A stretch of DNA of 64,000 bases from a virus. Of the stretch, positions 57,180-64,000 are shown piece by piece; within the stretch, counting starts at the first letter, position 1, and each line of letters starts with the position of its first letter. Where the stretch lies: positions 15,173 through 79,172 of IMG/VR virus record IMGVR_UViG_3300001681_000071; one strand, given 5' to 3'. The translations under genes and the position numbers were made by a program. A model generated the notes under the pieces. The model had not been told where the DNA came from. It saw only the letters and a list, made by a program, of their open reading frames with translations, and did no database searches.

Positions 57180-57351
57180 ACAGATACCTTACAGCAAAAC
57201 CCATACATATGTTTATACCAAACACCCTGAATCGTCAAAACCGTACATTAACCCAAACAATATGTAGCAAAACACTAACATTAGAAATGTCTATAGCATA
57301 TTATTATTTTAAGTGTAAAAGCTAACGCAACATCTTGTTAAAGGCGCGATA

Positions 57352-58860
57352 ATGAAATTTGTCACAGAATCCCTAAGTATAACTAAGAAAATTGACACCG
57401 TACAGCCGGGCTCTTGGTCTTCTAGCAACTATATAGCAAGAAAACGAAAGGGCCTTCACTTCAATAATGAAGTATTCTCTCAAACGTCCATCCCATCTAT
57501 GGGTGGCTCGTATACCCGTTCAAATGAACGGGTACTGTCCGATGAAGAGCTATGGACCGTTTACTTGAAGTGTAGCGACGTTCGCGCAAGCGTTGACTCC
57601 ATAGTTCGTAGGGTTGCCACGTTCGATTGGATGGTTTTACCTAACATTTCCCCACAAGATGAACGGTATGAGGGATTATTGAAGGTTTGCGATCAGGTGA
57701 CACGCTTTTTACAACAGCCGAACAAAAATGGGGACACGTGGCAAGAAGTGATGACCGCACTTTTAACCGATACATTGGTTATGGATGCCGGGGTGCTTGA
57801 ATTAGCATACGGGAAGAATGGCGTTCTTCAAGAATTGGTTCCATTAAGAGGATCAACCATCTTTCCACAAGTAGATGAGTTTGGCAGAATCAAAGAATAC
57901 TCCCAAAATATATACCAAGATGGCATGTACGGAACAATAAGAGAGTCAACTTCTCCACAAGATTTTCCTACATTCAAGCCTAACCAAATAATGTTTCTTA
58001 GTTTGTTCAAGAATACAGCGGAACCACGCGGAAACCCCATTATAGAATCAATAATCAACGAAGTAATAGCTATGTTGAGAGCGAATGAACACGCAATGAT
58101 AAGTCTGGATGCAGACGAGATACCGCCAGGGATACTTGTGCTAGCTGGTATTGCGGGTCGCGCTGCCGAAGAAGCACGTGCTGATATGCAAAGATTGAAG
58201 GGTCAGGACCATAAGATAAGAGTTATGACCACACCAGATCCCACAGGGATAGGCGCGAAATGGATTGAACTCAAACGAACCCCTAAAGATGTCTCTATGA
58301 TTGAGATTATCGACCAGATTAGGCGAGCTATCTACAGGGCTTTTGGAGTTATGCCCGTAGAAATGGGTATGACTGAATCTATACCACGAGCTACCGCTGT
58401 TGTTCAGATGGACGTTGCCTCGTCGCACTTGGTTACTCCAATCTTAGAGCTGCTACAAGGGAAAATAAATGGGCAAATTCTTACATCTCTTGTACAAAAT
58501 ACAGAGATAACGAACTTAATAGAGTTTAAATTCGACAGAGAAAAAAGACTTACTCCAGAAGACCAAAGGAACTTGGCTACAACGCATCAACTATACGTTA
58601 AAAGCGGTGTTATGACGCGAAATGAAGTTAGAGAAACACTAGGACTCAAGCCGGTATTAGGCGCAGACAAACTAACACATGAATATACCGGGAATATAGC
58701 AACTATTACTGCCGATACGGAAGATGTGTATGATGATACTGTAAGCGATGAGCAACTAAAAGATGACGAATCTTCGGCTGATGAAAAGATAGGGCTCGAA
58801 GAGCAAGAAGACATAGAAGTTTTTGAAACCGAAAAAGAAATAGAGAAAAAAGAAGAATGA
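57352..58860 (+). CDS. portal protein (HK97-type)
   Basis: FLQQPN, LVPLRGSTI, GNPII, PPGIL, AFGVMP, GVMTRNEVRETLGLKP. Confidence 0.9.
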   Translation: MKFVTESLSITKKIDTVQPGSWSSSNYIARKRKGLHFNNEVFSQTSIPSMGGSYTRSNERVLSDEELWTVYLKCSDVRASVDSIVRRVATFDWMVLPNISPQDERYEGLLKVCDQVTRFLQQPNKNGDTWQEVMTALLTDTLVMDAGVLELAYGKNGVLQELVPLRGSTIFPQVDEFGRIKEYSQNIYQDGMYGTIRESTSPQDFPTFKPNQIMFLSLFKNTAEPRGNPIIESIINEVIAMLRANEHAMISLDADEIPPGILVLAGIAGRAAEEARADMQRLKGQDHKIRVMTTPDPTGIGAKWIELKRTPKDVSMIEIIDQIRRAIYRAFGVMPVEMGMTESIPRATAVVQMDVASSHLVTPILELLQGKINGQILTSLVQNTEITNLIEFKFDREKRLTPEDQRNLATTHQLYVKSGVMTRNEVRETLGLKPVLGADKLTHEYTGNIATITADTEDVYDDTVSDEQLKDDESSADEKIGLEEQEDIEVFETEKEIEKKEE

Positions 58861-60512
58861 TTGACAACTACCACAGTAGTTTAGCAAACGTAATCGACAA
58901 ATATCCGGTTATAGGCCAAGCCATGCTACACCACAGGAATACCCGTGGTTTGCCTATGTCGTTTAGGGATATGCCATACCTGGCTCCACTGTATGCCGAG
59001 ATACCAAATCTACAGGGGGCAGACATAAGGAAAGCAGTACAAACAGGGCTTTCCGAACTCTTTATAATCCTCGCCCTCAACCATGCTGGGTGGGAAGGTA
59101 AAATTGTTGCCTATATTCTCCCAACATTCTCTGTTAGAGACAGATTTGTAAAGCAACGGATAAACAAAATACTAAGCGGTTCTTCAAAGTATCGTTCAAT
59201 GCTTCCAAAGGAAACAGACCTTGGGAACAACCGAATGAAAAGATTTGGCAGTGGCTCCCTTTTGTTCCTGGGCTCAAATACTACAGGTGATTTTGTCGAA
59301 TTCTCAGCAGATACTATGATAGTAGACGAGATAGACCAGTGCGAACAAGCGAATCTATCAAAGGCAAAGGACCGAATCAGGGCCTCTAAAGACCCACGAA
59401 TGTATAGACTCGGAAACCCAACGCTGCCAAACAGAGGAATCTGTGAACTATTCGATAAAAGTGACCAATCTCATTGGTTTACAAAGTGTCCAAAGTGCAA
59501 TCATTGGCAGACACTTCAATGGGACGTAAATATCGTACAGAAAAACGATGACGGTCTATGGATACCAAGAGACAAAGAAGCCATTGATGCCTTACGATGG
59601 ACAAAAGTAGAAAGTTATAAGGGCAAAATAGAACCCGTCTGCTCTAAATGCCACGGACTTTTCCCAAGACAAACGGAAGGTCAGTGGGTACAAGTGTATC
59701 CGACAAGAGATAGGCGCGGCTATACCCTTTCAAGATTGGATATATTGTCGCAAAACCTAACAAATCTATACCAAGAGTGGATAGCTGCTCAGTCAGACAT
59801 AAACAAACTATCGACGTTTTATACATCTGTGCTTGGCACTGGCTTTGAACATAGCGGAGCAAGGATCTCATCGGAGATGCTTGGCAATTGCTGTGAAACT
59901 TACACATTAGACTACGGTGGTGGGCCAGAATATAAAAAAGAAATTGTTAGCATAGGTATAGATGTTGGAACACTGCTTAACGTTGTCGTTTCTATCGCAG
60001 TGAAGAATGAGGAGGGAGAAGTTCGACGCAAAACTGTTCTGGTTTGTACTGTGCGGAAGTTTGGAGAGCTAAAAGACATAATTACACGCTACAACGTAGA
60101 CTCTGTAGTTATAGACGCAATGCCAGAGATAAGAAAATCACAAGAACTCAGAGATTGGGGCAGACTAAAAGGGCTAAACATCTGGTTGTGCCGGTTCTAT
60201 CCCACACAACGAGTAGGCGAACAGGCTTATGGAATGAAGCTGAATTGGCGAGAAAGGGTCATAACGGTAGACCGAACACAGATAATGGACGCCACTTTCG
60301 ATGAGATAAGAGACAAAAAGCACCAATTTCCAAGCGACGTTTTTAGCGTCTTGGGATTTCTTGATCAAATGAAAGCCCCTGTTAGAGTGGTAAATCCAGA
60401 AAAGGGCCGAATTGTGTGGAACGAGGGCTCTGCTGCCGACCACTATAGACTTGCAGATTGCTATGATCGGGTAGCTTTTGATATGTCTACCATGACAGGA
60501 AGTTTCGGGTAG
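58857..60512 (+). CDS. terminase large subunit (lambda GpA-like)
   Basis: KAVQTGLSE, IVDEID, GNPT, CPKC/CSKC zinc motifs, IGIDVG, DHYRLAD. Confidence 0.9.
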   Translation: MIDNYHSSLANVIDKYPVIGQAMLHHRNTRGLPMSFRDMPYLAPLYAEIPNLQGADIRKAVQTGLSELFIILALNHAGWEGKIVAYILPTFSVRDRFVKQRINKILSGSSKYRSMLPKETDLGNNRMKRFGSGSLLFLGSNTTGDFVEFSADTMIVDEIDQCEQANLSKAKDRIRASKDPRMYRLGNPTLPNRGICELFDKSDQSHWFTKCPKCNHWQTLQWDVNIVQKNDDGLWIPRDKEAIDALRWTKVESYKGKIEPVCSKCHGLFPRQTEGQWVQVYPTRDRRGYTLSRLDILSQNLTNLYQEWIAAQSDINKLSTFYTSVLGTGFEHSGARISSEMLGNCCETYTLDYGGGPEYKKEIVSIGIDVGTLLNVVVSIAVKNEEGEVRRKTVLVCTVRKFGELKDIITRYNVDSVVIDAMPEIRKSQELRDWGRLKGLNIWLCRFYPTQRVGEQAYGMKLNWRERVITVDRTQIMDATFDEIRDKKHQFPSDVFSVLGFLDQMKAPVRVVNPEKGRIVWNEGSAADHYRLADCYDRVAFDMSTMTGSFG

Positions 60513-60592
60513 GTTAAAACTCACTTGCCGCTGAATTCATTCCAACACATAGGTCATTCCGACCTAGACCTCTCACAAAAGCGGCTTTCCCC

Positions 60593-60784
60593 TTACTTTC
60601 CCGGCTTATGGTTCTCCCACCACACCTCAAATATAAAATGAGCTATGGTCTGCACAATCTGAACCAACACTGTTATTCCAGTAGCCGAGAAAAAGTCTCC
60701 GGTATAGATCCAGATAGTTAACAGCATCGTTGTGATAGATATGCCACGCCATATCGCAACCTTGAACAAGATGCCCCTATTCAT
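60593..60784 (-). CDS. DUF2061-like small membrane protein
   Basis: KVAIWRGIS..IYTG..HFIFEVWW. Confidence 0.65.
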   Translation of the reverse strand: MNRGILFKVAIWRGISITTMLLTIWIYTGDFFSATGITVLVQIVQTIAHFIFEVWWENHKPGK

Positions 60785-61349
60785 CTATCGCTTCGCCACC
60801 AACGAACAACTGCATCAAGGTCTTCGGAATGTTTCCATCCGTATGCTCCAACTTTATGCACGTTATCTCGCCAAACAAACGACGATCATTCTCGTTGTCT
60901 ACATCTATCTCTGACTTTTGAAGATAGGCGTCCCCAGCCTCGCTAACCGTATACGAACACAAATACTCCTTCAACAAATGATCAAAGGCACTTCCCTTTA
61001 ACGGCCCATGCTCCATAGCCCACGCCATCGCGGCCTTACCATACCAATCATCACTCTCACTGCAATCCAATATGTAAGTCTCGCAAATGAAAAAACAACC
61101 CACCGGATGAACACCATCACGAACCATCTTAGACGATATGCCGCGAACTATCGAAGGCCACTTCGTCTTCTCCATCGCAAAATGATACGCAACCAAATCA
61201 CCACTATCCGACACCACATACAACATAGGAGGGCACGAACCACCATCGCAATACGACAAACCACTACCCAACTCTATAACGTTACGCAATACACGCGAAG
61301 ATAACGCCACTACACTATTTATCATCTTGCTCCCTCCATAACGTACCAC
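60777..61349 (-). CDS. hypothetical protein
   Basis: 190 aa, G/T-rich codons. Confidence 0.55.
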   Translation of the reverse strand: MVRYGGSKMINSVVALSSRVLRNVIELGSGLSYCDGGSCPPMLYVVSDSGDLVAYHFAMEKTKWPSIVRGISSKMVRDGVHPVGCFFICETYILDCSESDDWYGKAAMAWAMEHGPLKGSAFDHLLKEYLCSYTVSEAGDAYLQKSEIDVDNENDRRLFGEITCIKLEHTDGNIPKTLMQLFVGGEAIDE

Positions 61350-61719
61350 CTCGTGTCTTCGTCATCACCTCTCCTACAGCTCCACCACTACCGGCACTAC
61401 CACCAACCCCACCCACAACCGAACCCGGCAACGGGGCGCTGCTACCATCACGAAGAAATACACCCACCCGACCATTCCGCATCCTACGTCGAACATAACG
61501 CTGCTCGCTAACTCCCGAACGCTCCAACCTCTCCAATACTCCCAAACATCGCTTGCAATCACAATCATCCTTCGCAAACACCATGTAATGAGCCTCATTC
61601 GGCATCCAAACTCCACAAGCAGTCCGGTAATGCTCCATACGATAACCATTACCATCTCGATATATCTCGCGGCTTTCACCAAATGTGTAATGTACCTTGC
61701 TCATAAGATAATCCCCCAA
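61315..61719 (-). CDS. hypothetical protein with H..C..CxCxxC zinc motif
   Basis: KVH..TACG..CDCKRC; Gly-rich tail. Confidence 0.55.
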   Translation of the reverse strand: MGDYLMSKVHYTFGESREIYRDGNGYRMEHYRTACGVWMPNEAHYMVFAKDDCDCKRCLGVLERLERSGVSEQRYVRRRMRNGRVGVFLRDGSSAPLPGSVVGGVGGSAGSGGAVGEVMTKTRGGTLWREQDDK

Positions 61720-61939
61720 CCCATATTAACACGTTATCCAGTAAGTGTAACTCGATCTGTAATTTTAGAAAAAATATCCGGGGGGAAGGCTGGCTGGCCC
61801 CCAAAAGCTAACATTTTGAGTCCGCTTTTCTTGACGTTCAATGATGTTAGTGCCAAGGCTCACAAATTCACGCGGTTTGAACCGGTCATGCCATGTCCGG
61901 TTTATTTTGTGGTCTGTTAGCACCCCTTCGAGCCGACCT

Positions 61940-62112
61940 GGTTCGCAGTGCATCGAATAGCCCCATTTTCGGACACTGTACAAGTGTTCAAAATTGGCGT
62001 CTAAGCTACCCCGCAAACCCCAATTCTAACGCCCAAAGTATTGACACTGCAATGGGGGCTATTCGATGTACTGCGAGCCTGTTTTGAACAGATGTACAGT
62101 GTTTTCATGGGG
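61940..62112. repeat. two interleaved long inverted repeats (A-B-A'-B')
   Basis: A 61940-61967 pairs with 62051-62079; B 61972-61994 pairs with 62081-62103. Confidence 0.8.
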
Positions 62113-62317
62113 TAATTTGCGCCCTCTAACCTACCGTACCGTAGGTTATGATACCGATTGTGTAAAATAAATGAGCAAACCCCATTCCGATTATGGTAAT
62201 TTAGGTGTGGGAAAAGTCTAATTCCAGACTGGACCCGCCCATACGGGAACCAAGGGAACCACGAAGTTAGAATCAAAACTACTTTCGCCACTTGGCCCAC
62301 AAACCAGAGAAGACACA

Positions 62318-63369
62318 ATGAAAGTCAAACAAGCTAACGTAATACCTAACACCGAAAAGGTAATTACCTCTGGTGACGCTAACACCGTCACCGATACCCC
62401 TACCCTGACCCTTGAAGACGCTAACACCGTTCGACTTGAAAGCAACCTTAACCCTTGCGCTCAACACCTTGCGCGGGAGATCCGTCTCATGATCCCCCAA
62501 CCCTCACACGTTGACGCCTATCTTATCGCTCGCATTCTGGGTGATAGCGTTCCGCAATCAGAACAGATTGAGGGACAATATAGCTTCCTTATGGGGATGG
62601 ACGTGGACGTGCTTGACAAGCAAGGAGAATGGACAGGAGAGACGGTGTTTCAAAAGCTACGGGTTTACTTTCCCGCTTGTACCATCGCCACCCTTGACAA
62701 GTTGTTCATTCAGTCGACCCATAGCAAGAAGAACGCCAAGACAGGAAAGGTTGACACTATCAAGCGCAATGGTGCTCTTACTCGCGTCTTGTTTGCGCGT
62801 AGCAAGGACTTGTGGGCTGGGTGTGAAGTGGAAGCTTGCAAGGTTGGAAACAAGACCCATCGATATATCAAGTATCTCCCCGAATTCACTATTGACGATC
62901 TCCGTGGAGCTAAGGTGTCACGCCTTGACGCTACCCTTAAGATTCTCCTTGGAACGTTGTTCACTTGTGAGGTACGAACAACGGGTGATCTGTTCGACAC
63001 TGTTAGCACTGACGGGGACTTCACTATTCTAAAGAATGGTGATCTTACCGTCGTAACAGTTCGGAAAGATTGCTTGCTCCTATCGAAGCACGTAACAACC
63101 GGGTTAACGCTCAGTCCCTTGCGGACTTCGCCATCGCTACCGGTATCATCCCGCAAAAGGATGATGAGACACTTGAGAAGGCTCACAGTCGTATCCGCAA
63201 GGAGATCCGGGATAGTGGGTTTCCTGCTTGTTCGTGGGTTGAGACTGCGCCATCCGTTGGTAACTTCAAACCCGTTATGTTCACCAAGGAAGGGATCGAA
63301 GGTATCACCGCCTATCTAACTTCAATCAAGACGATCGAAGCAGAAGCAGCAGAAGCAGAAGCAAGCTAA
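62318..63369 (+). pseudogene. hypothetical protein split by a -1 frameshift near 63043-63070 (mutation, assembly error or recoding)
   Basis: frame of 62318 turns low-complexity after ~63070 while the -1 frame (63070..63369) keeps the same codon style and ends before a terminator. Confidence 0.6.
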
Positions 63370-63414
63370 CAACCCCCTATCACGGGTGAACCCCGCGATA
63401 GTCGAAACTACCCC

Positions 63415-63445
63415 GCCCCAGTGTTAACGCACTGGGGCCTTTTTT
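63415..63445 (+). terminator. rho-independent terminator
   Basis: GCCCCAGTG-ttaacg-CACTGGGGC then C and TTTTTT. Confidence 0.85.
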
Positions 63446-64000
63446 CGTTTAACATCGGCGCCTGGCTCCCCCGGCTTACTCTTGACACGTCAAGACTTAT
63501 ACAGAATCCGCTCTGACAGTCGGTTTAAGCCACGTTTCAAAATTTGCCCCCTTGTAATACCTTGAATCGCCTACACGCCCCGTATATAGCTAACCAGGGG
63601 GATGCAATGGCCCAATTTGAGCATGACCGCTATCCGGATGTCAAATTCGCGGGAATTCCACCGGCGCCAATTTCCGTTACCACCCTTCATGTATTTTCGA
63701 GGTTGGGTGGTGGCAAGTCAACACGCCAGCAATTTTTTTCCGGATTTGCGGGGCATTAGCTCCCTCGGTTGCTAGCTTCGAGCCTGGCTCGAAGGCAATG
63801 CCAGGAAGCTAGCTCCCAGGAGCAAACACACACGCGCCAGTTTCGAATTTCTGGTGTGGTGGCATTAGCATCCCAAAAGTTCGTCCGCGATAAATCCAAG
63901 TGGAGCTAACCAGGCCATAGACACACGCGCAAGCACTTCGGTTGTTAATTTCGACGTACCGACACAACTGGCGCGTCCGTGGAAACATCGGGCGGAACGC

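Noticed and set aside
61765-62317. Short ORFs in the inverted-repeat region
   Set aside because: No convincing RBS or protein-like composition; better explained as non-coding.
63370-63412. Hairpins with GAAA suggesting a hammerhead ribozyme
   Set aside because: No CUGANGA core; likely simple 3'-UTR hairpins.
1-64000. tRNA, rRNA, integrase, transposase, intron or intein
   Set aside because: None recognised by eye; tRNAscan-SE and Infernal would be needed to exclude them formally.

Overview
The window is part of a tailed dsDNA phage genome, probably siphovirus-like given the ~1980-aa tape measure, tail tube and chaperone pair. No rRNA, tRNA, CRISPR array, integrase or DNA polymerase is recognisable. 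Layout: (1) 1-9.9 kb, + strand: early/accessory genes (VWA protein, tandem SWIM zinc fingers, many small ORFs sharing an AAACCA..AGGA leader), a C5 DNA methyltransferase whose motif IX lies in an internal +1 frame, and a class I SAM methyltransferase. (2) 9.9-15.8 kb, - strand: a Dam-type MTase and a tightly coupled six-gene DNA base hypermodification operon (ParB-like, TET/JBP dioxygenase, P-loop kinase, sulfotransferase, amidinotransferase-fold enzyme, amino-acid:DNA transferase/aGPT-PPlase). This is the best candidate for an undescribed system. (3) 16.4-21.9 kb: replication/recombination (primase-helicase, RuvC-like, SSB-like, Sak4-like ATPase, PD-(D/E)XK nuclease). (4) 22.2-24.1 kb: putative lysis genes interrupted by an MT-A70 MTase. 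(5) 26-57 kb, - strand: tail and head genes, with a -1 slippery site in the chaperone, an opposite-strand island inside the tail operon and a 984-aa triple-GT2/TPR glycosyltransferase among the neck genes. (6) 57.3-60.5 kb, + strand: portal then large terminase, divergent from protease/capsid. (7) 60.6-64 kb: compositionally odd genes, interleaved long inverted repeats and a frameshifted gene. All family calls come from motif recognition by eye; no searches were run.
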